Of a stretch of 64,000 nt of DNA, positions 49,340-61,181 are shown piece after piece (position 1 is the stretch's first letter; every line of letters starts with the position of its first letter). The stretch is from Podarcis erhardii (lineage: Eukaryota), in NCBI GenBank assembly GCA_964252035.1, contig OZ176200.1. One strand, 5' to 3'. The notes below the pieces were generated by a model, which was not told where the DNA came from, did not search any database, and worked only from the letters and a program-made list of their open reading frames with translations. Both the position numbers and the translations under genes were made by a program.

Positions 49340-49760
49340 CTTTTAATTTTTGTTTCCGTTTTCCCCATAATGTTGTTTGCCCAGTTGCATTCTACCATTC
49401 CTCCATAGTTAATAATTGTAATGATTTCCATGTCCTAGTAATAATTGTTCTTGTAGTGGTTAATAGATGGTTATGAGTTCTTTGTTTCTAATTTGCAACA
49501 TATTGTGACTATACATGTTAAGTAGAGCCAGTCCTGGGGTCACGGGGACTGTCTGCCTTGTAATCAAAAGTATTTCTGTAAATACATTTCCCCGTAACGT
49601 TTCTCTCTTTGGACACCTCCACAACATGTGCTGATATGTCCTTATAGTGGAACATCCTCTGCAACACATGGAAGAACTGTTTGGTTTTCTATACACTAGG
49701 TGTCTAGGGGTTAAGTACCTGCCATGCAATTTTAATGGCTCTTTCTCTGGTTGTTGTCCA
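49340..49760 (-). mobile_element. L1/Tx1-clade LINE ORF2 C-terminal remnant
   Basis: LHGRYLTPRHLVYRKPNSSSMCCRGCSTIRTYQHMLWRCPK resembles the cysteine-rich L1 ORF2 end (RWYLTP..CWRGC..GT..HMWW.CP). Confidence 0.8.
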
Positions 49761-49849
49761 GGGCTCATTTACCTTTAACTTTACCTGCCAATATGAATTT
49801 GCTACCTATAAGGACTGTAGTTTTTGTCCACAATCTGCTCCATGCCTCA

Positions 49850-50176
49850 ATGGTTCGAATCTGCGTGATGAGGTGAGCTCCTGTTGCTCTGTCCCAGCTT
49901 CTGCCAACCTCGCAGTTCGAAAGCACACTAGTGCAAGTAGATAAAAAGGTATTGCTACAGCAGGAAGATAAACGGCCCTTCTGTGCGCTCTGGCTTCCAT
50001 CACTGTCCTCCGTGTGCCAGTAGCAGTTTAGTCATGCTGGCCACATGACCCAGAAAGCTGTCTGTGGACAAATGCCAGCTCCCTCGGCCTGAAAAGCGAG
50101 ATGAGCACCGCAACCCCATAGCTGCCTTTGACTGGACTTAACCGTCCAGGGGTCCTTTACCTATACCTTACCTTAC
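49850..50176 (+). mobile_element. 5'-truncated Sauria SINE (variant subfamily) inside the L1 remnant
   Basis: ggttcgaatc B box, body, tail gtccaggggtcctttacc; imperfect duplication ccatg(c/t)ctc. Confidence 0.88.
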
Positions 50177-50659
50177 CATGTCTCTTTTTCATTTTCTAAA
50201 TCCCAATTCAGATCCCACAACCTTTTCAAATTTTGCTGAGGACAAAATTGTATACCTATAGTAGATTTATACGAAGTTGATATTAGTCCTTTTGTTATTA
50301 TATTTTCTTCCACTATTATTTTTTTATATGTTCTTAATTGTATCGTGGCTTTGTTTTTAACCTCAGAATTTGTTTTAAAGGACCTTAATTGGTAGCCTAA
50401 TAGCCATGATATTCAAACATTCCCCAACTGAATTTGCATCTCATTAATGGTAAGTAGTTGTCCATCTTTGTAAATATCTTTCAAATAATACCATTGCTTT
50501 TCTTTCCACATATCTATATTATAGGCTCTATATTTATTTCTGAAAATAAATTCTGAAAATTATTCTGAAAATAATGAGACAGAGGCCTTGGACCAGAACC
50601 TTTGCCCATTTGTTCAAATCTTGAAAGTTGTGTGAATGGATTTGTAAGCCAATGTAAAG

Positions 50660-50940
50660 AGTGGATTTTTTAAAAAGGTGTTACTTTTATATATTACCAT
50701 CTATTTCCAAGTTCTCTAATGTGCTCCATTGAGTTCCCTTATTTCCAGACGTTCGGTATGTCATGTTGCTGAGTTGAGGTGTGTCGCAGTAGCTGTTTAA
50801 ATTTGGGAGTCCCCATCCTCCAACGGTTGGGTGAAGGTACAGCAAATATTTTTTAATATGTGGTCTGTCTGAAATATGAGTTTGTTAAGTTTTCTTTGTC
50901 ATCTGGACATATGGTCTGGACAGCTTTGCTTGTTTTATCT
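50660..50940 (-). mobile_element. L1/Tx1-clade ORF2 remnant (post-RT region), probably the same copy as 49340-49760
   Basis: Minus strand encodes IKKYLLYLHPTVGGWGLPNLNSY, matching the GGLGLPNL..Y motif. Confidence 0.7.
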
Positions 50941-51183
50941 TCTCCTTCTCTTCCTACCAATCTAAGCACCTGTTGGTAGAGTCAGACAATTGGACAATTG
51001 GACAATTGGAAGGAAAGGGAGAGGGTGCATTCTATGACAACTAGGTAATGAGGAGCTGGGCCCTGCATCAGAGTGTATCAAAGCAACAGAGAGATGGTTT
51101 GGTATGCAACCTGTCTTGTAAGAGAGCAGGGTCCCAGGCAGGCACTGTAACATGCCTCTGATAGAAACAAGATGCCTATAGAC

Positions 51184-51302
51184 TAAGGTTACCAGATGTC
51201 CCCATTTCCTAGGGACAGTCCCTGGATTTACAGTACCCATACAAAGTCCATTGAAGTTGAAAAGTGTCCCCGGATTCATTGGAAAAAAATCTGGTAACCT
51301 TA
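51184..51302. mobile_element. Small hAT-type MITE
   Basis: Perfect 14-bp TIR taaggttaccagat/atctggtaacctta; 6/8 TSD match ctatagac/ctgtggac. Confidence 0.75.
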
Positions 51303-51486
51303 CTGTGGACATCATACTTGCAACTCTAGTGACAGTCATGATCAACTATTGACACTACTGTTCATGAATTACAAAATTTTGCATGGTATTTTATTTTCTA
51401 AAAGAAAACAAAAATAGTCCCCATCCAGCCACTTTTGCAGAAATAGTTTTACCATTTTGGATGGTTAACCTGAAGTGTATAGTGTA

Positions 51487-51521
<35 letters not shown>

Positions 51522-51769
51522 AAGAGTACAAAAATGTTTTCTCTCCACAGCAACATTATTCACTTTGCAGCAAGGCTCTTCTTTCCTTCATTAGCACACT
51601 GCTAAGGGAGAAGCAGCTTTCATTGCTCCAAATAAAGTCCTCAGCAAATAGATATGGATATCAATACTTTATTTGCAAAGTGCTTGACGTATTCAAGACA
51701 TGCACCATTATGGAAGGGTTTAACTCCAAGCAAAAAAGATTTGTGGCAAAGCATATGACCTTCTCCCCA

Positions 51770-51981
51770 NNNNNNNNNNNNNNNNNNNNNNNNNNNNNNN
51801 NNNNNNNNNNNNNNNNNNNNNNNNNNNNNNNNNNNNNNNNNNNNNNNNNNNNNNNNNNNNNNNNNNNNNNNNNNNNNNNNNNNNNNNNNNNNNNNNNNNN
51901 NNNNNNNNNNNNNNNNNNNNNNNNNNNNNNNNNNNNNNNNNNNNNNNNNNNNNNNNNNNNNNNNNNNNNNNNNNNNNNNNN
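51770..51981. other. Assembly gap (N run)
   Basis: 212 N. Confidence 1.
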
Positions 51982-52265
51982 TTGTTTACTAAATATTTTA
52001 CATCCTTTTTCCTGTCCCCCTTGCAGACTTCCGTGTGCAGAGCAAAATAATTCTTTCCGGAATTTTTTAAAAGTTTCAGTCTGGGGATTCTTTCTGTCTT
52101 TTTTCCTTTCTGGTATTGTTTCAGAGTAAGACATTTTATTTTGTTTATAGAAAAATTTACCCAGTAGAAATGAAAAGCCTTAGGGTGGAAAGAAAACTTC
52201 AGTGGTGCCTAGTTCAAAAGGAGGAGGAAATAAGAGGAAATAAGACAAACTTCAAGCCACTTTAC

Positions 52266-52429
52266 CTTGGGGCTCTCAGTCCCTTCCTCATCCTCCGCAG
52301 ACACATCAGTAGCAAGTATCTCTGCTTTGATGATACCCAGAGCCCTCAGAATCCAGCTGTGTTGTCGTTTGATTTGCCTCTGTAGTTCCTTCCACTGACT
52401 CGCAATCATCTCCAGCATGTCCTTCAGTC
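52266..52429 (-). CDS. AKAP6: AKAP6 internal coding exon (164 nt, phase 1/0), (G)LKDMLEMIASQWKELQRQIKRQHSWILRALGIIKAEILATDVSAEDEEGTESPK
   Basis: Matches human GLKDMLRMIASQWKELQRQIKRQHSWILRALDTIKAEILATDVSVEDEEGTGSPK. Acceptor tttctgcgagaag|GA, donor AAG|gtaaag; phase fits the preceding exon. Confidence 0.97.
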
Positions 52430-52756
52430 CTTCTCGCAGAAATAAATAAATAAATAAAATGAGAGAGAAACAAATTAAGTCATGCATTCGACTTCATCTT
52501 TTAATAACATTATTTATACTAAAGGCAGCAAAGAATTTCCCAGGGGTACAAAAAGAACAAGGTGTTGAGGGGGGGGGATGAAATCCCCTTGACCTTAAGT
52601 ATTTCATCACACTTTACTGAGAAATCTGATCTGGAATTCTAACCTACTGACATTGCAAACGACTGGATGGGACCAAAATGTGACACATGTGGCAAAACGT
52701 GATCTGCTATAAGTTCTGACTGAAAACAGAAAAATAAAGCAATATATGTTGAAGAA

Positions 52757-53136
52757 GGGACGCAGGTGGCACTGTGGTGTAAACCACTGAGCCTTGGGCT
52801 TGCCAATCGGAAGGTCGGCGGTTTGAATCCCTGCGGTTTGAATCCCTGCAATTGGGTGAGCTCCTGTTGCTCGGTCCCAGCTCCTGCCAACCTAGCAGTT
52901 TGAAAGCATGTCAAAGTGCAAGTAGATAAATAGGTACCGCTCCGGCGGGAAGGTAAATGGCATTTCCGTGCGCTGCTCTGGTTTTGCCAGAAGCGGCTTA
53001 GTCATGCTGGCCACATGACCCGGAAAAACTGTCCGCGGACAAACGCTGGCTCCCTCGGCCTGTAAAGCGAGTTGAGCGCCACAACCCCAGAGTCGTTCGC
53101 GGCTGGACTTAACTATCAGGGGTGCTTAACCTTTAC
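52757..53136 (+). mobile_element. Full-length Sauria SINE with duplicated B box
   Basis: Complete element; 9-bp TSD gttgaagaa (52748-52756, 53137-53145); gcggtttgaatccct occurs twice in tandem. Confidence 0.94.
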
Positions 53137-53924
53137 GTTGAAGAAACAAGCGACAAATTCATACTTCAGCCCTGTTCACTGAACAAAATGCTGTTCCAGA
53201 CATATATTACCTATTGCCCTCATCTTCTTCTTCTTCTTCTTCTCTCTCTCTCTCTCTCTAAAAAACACCATATTTAACAGATATGCAATGACCTATCAGG
53301 CTGGTTTTTGTGAGACTGATACATTCAGGAAATTATGCAAATCAGCCAACTGGCTTAACATAGCATGAATGTTTTGAGAGAAGATGTTCTATCAGAGTGT
53401 ATGCAGGTAGAGAAGTAATAGATGTAAAAACTCAAATAATAATCACACTAAAACCCAGAGGACAACTTCATCTTTGGGGGAGATACCTTTTTCCAACCAG
53501 ACCAAAATAAAGTCTCAAATTTCTAGGCATTCTATTAAACCATCCTATTAAACTAGTCATGCAAAGTTCCAAAAACATGACAAAAGTTATTATTCATTCT
53601 GACTTAAGGCTTTTACTGAAATGGACAAGCATAACTAAAGGAAATAATATTCCTAATCTTAAAATCTTTCCTAATAAATACTTTAAAATTGCAGTAAGAA
53701 TTAGCTTAAATGGCAAAGGAGCATTTAGCAATGCGATTACTCATGCTGACTATGTAAAATATATATATGTGTATAGATATGAAATCCTAATTTATCATCT
53801 TAATGTTATTTCCATAGCACCTACATCAAAGAATATGTCAGCGTGAAGTTTTCAGTGATGTAATTTCAATTGAAACTCAGCTGAGCATTGAGACCAAAAT
53901 AAAATGAACAGACTATTTGCTGGC

Positions 53925-54072
53925 NNNNNNNNNNNNNNNNNNNNNNNNNNNNNNNNNNNNNNNNNNNNNNNNNNNNNNNNNNNNNNNNNNNNNNNNNNNN
54001 NNNNNNNNNNNNNNNNNNNNNNNNNNNNNNNNNNNNNNNNNNNNNNNNNNNNNNNNNNNNNNNNNNNNNNNN
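53925..54072. other. Assembly gap (N run)
   Basis: 148 N, ending 45 bp from the AKAP6 exon at 54118. Confidence 1.
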
Positions 54073-54117
54073 ATAGTCTGGAGACATAAAGACTTGCAAT
54101 AATTCAGAAGGATTTAC

Positions 54118-54214
54118 CTGATTTGTGAGATACTATAAGATCAAGAAGTTGGCGTCCTTCTTCTACAACAGCTTCCTTCAAAGCACAGTGGCTGTCTACA
54201 TTCAGCTTAAAACT
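54118..54214 (-). CDS. AKAP6: AKAP6 internal coding exon (97 nt, phase 0/1), SFKLNVDSHCALKEAVVEEGRQLLDLIVSHKS(G)
   Basis: Not in the ORF track; found by reading the minus strand. Acceptor ttgcag|AGT, donor TCAG|gtaaat. Continues the previous exon in frame and matches human SFKLNVDSHCALKEAVEEEGHQLLELIASHKA. Confidence 0.97.
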
Positions 54215-57010
54215 CTGCAAGGGAAATTATATATATGTGTGTGTGTATATATATATATATATATAGACTGAAATGGTAGAGAAGCATTCTAACATAAAAC
54301 ATACGTACTAAATTACTTGCTATTTTTATCAAGAACTGCAGTGCCATTTACCCAACAGCCACATACATTTGCAATACTGAAAGCTATTGATATTTCAGAA
54401 CGGAGCTCAAAATGTTTCCATTAGATTAGCAAAGTGCATCTTTGTTGAAAGAGCTGACAAATCTAGAAATTCATTAAGTTTTATGAAAACATGTAACATG
54501 TGGGCAATATGTGGAATAACAGTGTCCTATAAAATACACTGAACTGGAGCCATCAGTTCATGAATGCTCTTTTTTTTCTAAATAAATAAATAAATAAATT
54601 CAAATATTGGAGAATGAATGATTTCTATAAATATATGCAACGTACATTTTTATCCAGTAAAACAAAATATTGCAACAAATTAGTTCTGATGTTCAGGTTC
54701 ACGATAGTCCACTATTGTATTTATTTTGGTGGTAATCAATTTCATTTTGACAACTAGACATAGGAAGAACAACAAAGGAACTTGAGGAACTCTGTGTGAA
54801 CTTGTGCACCTCTGAGTATTTGATATAAGTCACACAGCAGTCTTTACAAGGGAAGACCTGCAAAGTTTATTGGAAAGAACCTTACATTTATACACGGAAC
54901 ACAACATACTCATTCTTGCACACTTATAGCACTCAGCCCTGGGGGCAAGTAAACCCACCCCCTTACTGCTCCCTTTCCCTTCCTTTACTCCTAACTTCAC
55001 TAGAAATGATAGGAACAATCTCTCCACCTGTCAAGGCAGAAAGTCCTGTGTGCTGCCTCGCTCCTACATTCAAAACAGCTGGGCCCAGGAGAAGTGGATG
55101 GCTAAAAGATTGCCCATTTTTGGAATGATTTGGAAGGGGCTAGAAAAATTGTAAAATATGCTGACAGCTAAGGTCAAATGACAAATCCTAGCAATATAAT
55201 TTTGCAGTGTAATGCTATGCACATTAGTCTCATTGTATATATAAATTTCAGTCAGTGTTTTATTGTGGGCAGTGGGCCGCCTTGGAAGAACTTTCCCTGA
55301 AAGGTGGCACAGAAACACTGGAAACAAACAAACAAAGCCATTTGATATCCAACCACCATATTGATTCTTCACTACAGTATTTCAACTGTACACCAGGGCG
55401 AGGATTCACTTTGGCCCAGCCGCATGGATGCAAAAGTGCCCACTCCTCCACAGGCCACTTTGGGCAGATGGTTGGGTCAGCCCATGTGGCGTCATATGAC
55501 ATCAGAGGAATCTGTGTCTGCTTTCAGCCGTGATTGGCTCCATTTTGGAGCTTCTGAATGGAGATCCCAAGCGGAACCAATTCCATCACGGCTTGCAATA
55601 AACACTGAATAGGTGTCTTGTGAAACCTGCCGGCTCGCTTTTGTCCCCTGGTATGTCAGTGAGGAGTAGGCTGATAAAACACAATTGTGGAATGGGATGG
55701 GCTGCACAAGGCTCTCGTGCCTTTAAAAGCAGCACAGAAGTTGGCATTTGGGTGGCTACAGTTTGCTGTATCATGTGAGAAATGCACTGTCAAATTCTAT
55801 AAAGAAATTAAAGATGGAAGACCTCTCTCTGTCTTTGTATCATTAGATAATGCTAATGAATGATCATAGAAAGCCCCTCCTGAAGCCTCCAACACAAATT
55901 TCATGCTGTGCTATTTATTTATTTATTATGGCATTCAGTTTGTCATCTAGAAATCTTTTAAAAACAAATATTATATATTTTAGGGACCTAAGGAACCCAA
56001 TTTAAACATTTTGATTTTCTAAAAAGATGCTCACATTTAAAAACTGAGATGGCCCACAAAAATAACTTTATATATATATATTATTAGGCAAGTAATGCCA
56101 AAACCGGAATGAAAATGAGATGGAGCCAAAAATATAAACTGGGTCAAGCATCCAGAAGATAAGAAGAAGAAAAACAACATTACTTTTTGTGCAGCTCCTT
56201 TTCGTAAAGCTTCACTTTCCATGAAACCTTTTCTGGAAGTTCCTTTCATGAAAGTGAGCTCAGACAATATTTAATTTACTGTTTACTTAAAACAGGCTTG
56301 TGTTGAATAGTTTGTAATCATGCACTTCACAAGAGATGTACCATGCGGGTGACTCATATAGCAAAAGAAAACCTAAAGGGCCCGAGAGTAGGTTGGATAA
56401 TTTCATGTAATTGAAGCGGAGCATTGATGCAGCTGGATGTGGCGCTGTCTCAAGATGATGAGGTTGCGTTTGATAGGAAAATTGGAAAAGATGAGGTATT
56501 CTTCTTCATTAGAAAAAATAGACTTGCTGCCCTAGAAAAGATTCATTTAACATAACATACCAAGTATACAATGCAGCTTGATTTACAGGTGCACCTATTA
56601 ACCAGTAATAATGTTGACTGAAGAAGTAAAATATGATGAATAAAGATGGGCCAAAACTCTGGGGCTTGATTTGCAATTTTACAGTTGCACAGAATTTAGA
56701 CTTCGGCGTCTTAATTTGCTGCAAAGCACAAATAGCGAAATCTGGCAACAGATTAACCAATAACACATTGGTCTTAAGGGGGAAACTCTTTTCACTAACT
56801 GCAAGCATCGTAGCAAACAAGAGCAAAATAGATGGTAGTCAGTGGCACGTTACATTATCTCCATTCAGGTGTGCGCCTTTTTCTTCTTCTGCAGCGTTAA
56901 AGCTTGCTGCTTCCCAGGGAAAATAACTCAACGCTGACAGACTAGGCAGATCTGGCATCAACAGCACAGTTTTACAGGTAGGAGCCTGAGCAGGTGGGCA
57001 TCTAGGAGCA

Positions 57011-57108
57011 GTAAAGGTAAAGGTAAGGTAAAGGACCCCTGGACAGTTAAGCCCAGTCAAAGGTGACTATGGGGTTGCAGCACTCATCTTGCTTTCAAGC
57101 CGAGGGAG
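57011..57108 (-). mobile_element. Sauria SINE 3' fragment (same variant subfamily as 49850-50176)
   Basis: gtaaaggtaaaggtaaggtaaaggacccctggacagttaagcccagtcaaagg...ggggttgcagcactcatcttgc...cgagggag. Confidence 0.88.
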
Positions 57109-57288
57109 AATTCCTTCATAATCCAAATGCCTAGCTAAATAAAAATATATGTAGCCTTTTCTTGAATATTGCTGCAGTGTATTTATGAAGCTCTTTGTTC
57201 CTGCATGCTAATGCTGAGCTCCTATGTCGTATTCAACAAAGTGTTAAGTAGATCATTTTGTCACTCCAAGGATTTCTCCTTGTGCAAT

Positions 57289-57333
<45 letters not shown>

Positions 57334-57631
57334 TTATTTATACCCCCCACATCTGGCTGGGTTTCCCCAGCCACTCTGGGCGGCTTCCAACAAAATATTA
57401 AAATACAATAGTCCTTAGATATTAAAAGCTTCCCTAAAGAGGGCTGCTTTCAGATGTCTTCTAAAAGTCAGGTAGTTGTTTATTTCCTTGAGATCTGGTG
57501 GGAGCGTGTTCCACAGGAAGGGCGCCACCACTGAGAAGGCCCTCTGCCTGGTTCCCTGTAACTTCACTTCTTGCAGTGAGAGAACCGCCAGAAGGCCCTC
57601 AGCGCTGGACCTCAGTGTCCGGGCAGAACAA
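57289..57631 (-). mobile_element. L2-clade LINE 3' end with (TTG)n tail
   Basis: Minus ORF segment ARTLRSSAEGLLAVLSLQEVKLQGTRQRAFSVVAPFLWNTLPPDLKEINNYLTFRRHLKAALFREAF. Confidence 0.92.
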
Positions 57632-58129
57632 TGCAACAGAACAATCACCTGCTCTCCTCTCCCTGTGCACCTCCTAAATCTGTTCCAGGGGTCCCCCCCC
57701 AACCCTTCAGAGCAGATTTGGAGGTGGAACATGCATGTTGAAGAGACAGGGAACAACCCACTGAGCTAGAGCAATTTTGCAGTTGAATACTGTACTGCCT
57801 ACTGTTTCTAAGCCAATGTACATTGTTCTTTTCTTCTTTTTTTCTCAGCCAGCAAAATCTAAGGTATACTTAACACAGCATTGAGTGAAGCTGACTGTAT
57901 CTCTGTCTCTAACACTGGGTATAGTGGTAGTTATTGTTTTAATAAAATCCAGACCTTTATGTGGTTACGAAAATATTTTGAAAATATTTCAGACAGTATG
58001 GTTGCATACTGCAATACTAATAGATGTGTGGTTGTTTGTGTTCTGAATTACACCCAGTGCGTGTCATGTTCCTAAAACAGCAAAGTGAAGAATAGGAAGA
58101 AAGGAAGCATGCTTTGTAAGTCTGTCTTG

Positions 58130-58390
58130 GATCCATTGCTGTATAGCTTCAGACTGAAACTGCCTTGGTCACCATGGCTGATGACATTTATTGAGAGAGA
58201 TATGGGGAAACCTTGCTTATTCGCCTTGAACTCTCAGTGGATTTTGATACTGTTGATACTGTTGACCATAGTACCCTTCTGGAGCATCTCAAGGGGTTTG
58301 GGGGAGCTGTGCTTCAGTGGTCCCACTCCTACCTCCAGGGATTTCTCCAGAAAGCAGTCATGGGAGGCTACTGCGGCCCCATGGGAGTTG
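58130..58390 (+). mobile_element. L2 reverse-transcriptase fragment (degenerate)
   Basis: TETALV..DDIY ... LELSVDFDTVDTVDHSTLLEHL..GGAVLQWSHSYLQG matches the L2 RT motif LDLSAAFDTVDH.ILL..L..GGTVLQWF.SYL. Confidence 0.8.
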
Positions 58391-58655
58391 TTGGCAAAGA
58401 CTGCTCAAGTCTCTACATGTGTTGTCTACTATGTAAATATTCTGTGTGCAAATGTCAGATGGGATCAGATAGCATTGACAGTCATGCAAGATCCCCCAAT
58501 TCAAAAAGTCCCACTCCATTTTGAGTATAGCCCTGACATCTCCAGCCCTCCCTCAATGGCAGATTTAGGAAAACACTACTGGTTTGGTCACATTGGGTAA
58601 CAAGCCTTGGGGGCGCTTCAACTATGATGTCCAACGGAAGGCGAGAAATGTGTGT

Positions 58656-58687
<32 letters not shown>

Positions 58688-58904
58688 TTTTGGCATCACA
58701 GAGGGCACCGCTGAAATTTGAGGTACCAAGGTCTGCCGCTACCTAATTTTCCTCCCCCTCCCCAATAAAAAACAACTTTTATTTTGAGAAAGGTAACTCA
58801 TGGCATCAACAAAGGAACTGTGTTTAAGGGCACAATTGCTGGCATTATTTTCCATTGGGAAGCAGGGATTCTAGGAAAAAAAACACCACTCACTTTTTCT
58901 AGTA

Positions 58905-59113
58905 CAGTAGTACCTCGGGTTAAGTACTTAATTCGTTCCGGAGGTCCGTTCTTAACCTGAAGCACCACTTTAGCTAATGGGGCCTCCTGCTGCTGCCGTG
59001 CCGCCAGAGCACGATTTCTGTTCTCATCCTAAAGCAAAGTTCTTAACCCGAGGTACCATTTCTGGGTTAGCAGAGTCTGTAACCTGAAGCGTATGTAACC
59101 CAAGGTACCACTG
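58905..59113. mobile_element. Tc1/mariner (Tigger-like) MITE
   Basis: TA|cagtagtacctcggg ... caaggtaccactg|TA; reverse orientation relative to 32060-32552. Confidence 0.92.
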
Positions 59114-59231
59114 TATTTAAAATGAAAGTTTGGTTTTTTAAAAAAATCTTTTGAGACAACCTATGTACTTTGTGAGTCTGTCTGTCACTGGAAGTGGGGC
59201 AGGCCAGTATATGGAATCCCTTGTTCCTACT

Positions 59232-59479
59232 TAGAGATGGGAAGGCCTGGAAAAACCCCGGAAAAATTGGAAAGTAACCAGTTTCCCCCGTTTTTCCCAA
59301 AGCTGTTTCTTTTCCAGAAAAATGGCGGCGGGGGGGGGGGGACGGGACTGGGTGGAATAATCAAACTATATCAAACTGTTTTCTTCAGTTTTCCCAGGGG
59401 GAAAACAGCTTTGGAAAAAGACAGAAAAAAGGTGTGTGTGTCCCCCCCCCCCGGATTTTTCCAGGACTTGCCATCTCTA
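59232..59479. mobile_element. hAT (Ac-like TIR) MITE
   Basis: About 24-bp TIR tagagatgggaaggcctggaaaaa / ttttccaggacttgccatctcta; perfect 8-bp TSD ttcctact (59224-59231, 59480-59487). Confidence 0.9.
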
Positions 59480-60927
59480 TTCCTACTCTTTTAGATTCCT
59501 TCCAGCAAATGCAATGTCTCCAGAAGACTAGAAAATCATTGGGTTGATTAACATAGTCTACTGCTGCAGCAGATATGTGCAGCACATTGTCCCACCATGT
59601 AGATTTATAATTCCTTGTCCCCTCACCCCCTATCAAGATCCTGATTTGCTGCTATTATTATATTTCTATTCCACACCCCAGATTCACTTCCACCTGCAGC
59701 TTGCTGCTGTTGCTGTGATCCTTTGCCTATTGCTTGTACCGCTCTTGCTTCCTAATAGTATGAAGACTTTCCTTCCTCTCCACCACCTAACTACCTACGT
59801 ATATCTCCCTCTCTCTCTCACTCTCCCACTCTCTTTCTCTTTCTCTCTCTCTCTCACACACAGAGAGCACATAGACAAAACAAATCTACTCACGGGGGTG
59901 GGGGGGGGGGTCATGTAAATTCACCTAAAGATTATGCATAGCAAATATGAGCCGTAATCTCTCGCCTTCTCTCCCTGATATGACAGCATGGAACTAACCG
60001 GCGCCATCACTGTGCATGAGGTTTAAAACTTGTGATTTCCCCAAATCTGTGTTCTGAAATGCTCCAGCCCTGGGAGGGCAGAACAACATGGTTCCCCCCC
60101 CCCTAACATAGATCAGTTTTGCCACACATACATGTAATAACACATGAACCCATTCTGCAATAATTATTAAAACAAAACATTCTAGCAGACTTCCCTTGAG
60201 TGTTTTTCTTTTGTTAGCATTACCCAAAGCAGCTTCTGCCTATGACAATATACTTTACACAGTCTGAATGTGAAATGAAATCCTTCTTTTTAGAAATGTG
60301 TTTGGAAAAGTTGTTTCAGATCTCCAATAAATGAATGTGTATGGCATCTTTTAAAAAAATGCAAATAAGTATTTTTTGAAACAGAAATGGGAAAGTTCTT
60401 TTGCATTGGCAAAAGAGCAACAAAAACAGGACAAAACAGGAGTGGGGAACTTTTGACCCTCCATCTGTTGCTGCGCTACATTCTTGACCATTGGCCATGC
60501 TGGCCAGGAATGATGGGAGACAGAGAACAATAATATCTGGAGGGTCACAGGTTACTCACAACAGAGGTATAAGTTCTAGTTTGAATCCAAGAAGGCTGAA
60601 GGCTTAAACTCAGGCCTTGGCAAAGCACTGGAAACAGAACTGAATTGTGCAAAAAGTAATTATTTGTAAGTTGTGAGAGTGTATAAACTCACAGTGTTTA
60701 TGGAGATAGTCCTCTTTTGTTCTTTAAAAATATTTAGCCTGCACATATTTGGGTTTGAAGCACCCACAAAACACACACACACACACACACACACACAGAA
60801 TTTCCATTCTGTGAGCACTGATATGTTTCTCCTGGGCACTACTGACACCTCTCTTCCCCAGTTTGATGCTCAACAGTGTGAAGAGGGCATTTGCACATCT
60901 TTTTGCTCAAAGAAGGAAGTCCTAACA

Positions 60928-61181
60928 TGTGGGTCGGCAAACTAAGGCCTGGGGGCCAGATCCGGCCCAATCGCTTTCTAAATCCGGCCCACAGACGGTC
61001 CGGGAATCAGTGTGTTTTTACATGAGTAGAATGTGTGCTTTTATTTTAAATGCATCTCTGGGTTATTTGTGGGGCATAGGAATTCATTCATTCTCCCCCC
61101 CCCCTCAAATATAGTCCGGCCCCCCACAAGGTCTGAGGGACAGTGGACCGGCCCCCTGCTGAAAAAGTCTGCTGACCCCTG
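60928..61181 (-). mobile_element. hAT/Charlie MITE resembling OposCharlie1 (OC1) non-autonomous elements
   Basis: Minus end caggggtcagcagactttttcagcagggggccggtccactgtccctcagacc..gggccggactat closely matches the OC1 5' end as I recall it; 7/8 TSD (gtcctaac/gacctaac). Confidence 0.8.

Larger units (their letters stand above)
1..52265 (-). other. AKAP6: Very long AKAP6 intron (more than 52 kb, continues beyond window start)
   Basis: Starts at the GT donor at 52265. No sequence encoding the next AKAP6 segment (AEVQLCYLEAQRDAVEQMSLKLY...) was found, but N gaps could hide an exon. Confidence 0.8.

Noticed and set aside
11410-54102. Long ORFs spanning N runs (e.g. 16062-16553, 38116-38562, 51623-52129)
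   Set aside because: Artefacts of undefined bases; no coding evidence.
54750-55075. Possible second solo LTR (minus AATAAA near 54870)
   Set aside because: Could not find matching TG...CA ends with a TSD.
58085-58600. 171-aa plus ORF, the longest without Ns
   Set aside because: Overlaps a decayed L2 RT fragment; the RT motifs are in another frame, so it is not an intact gene.
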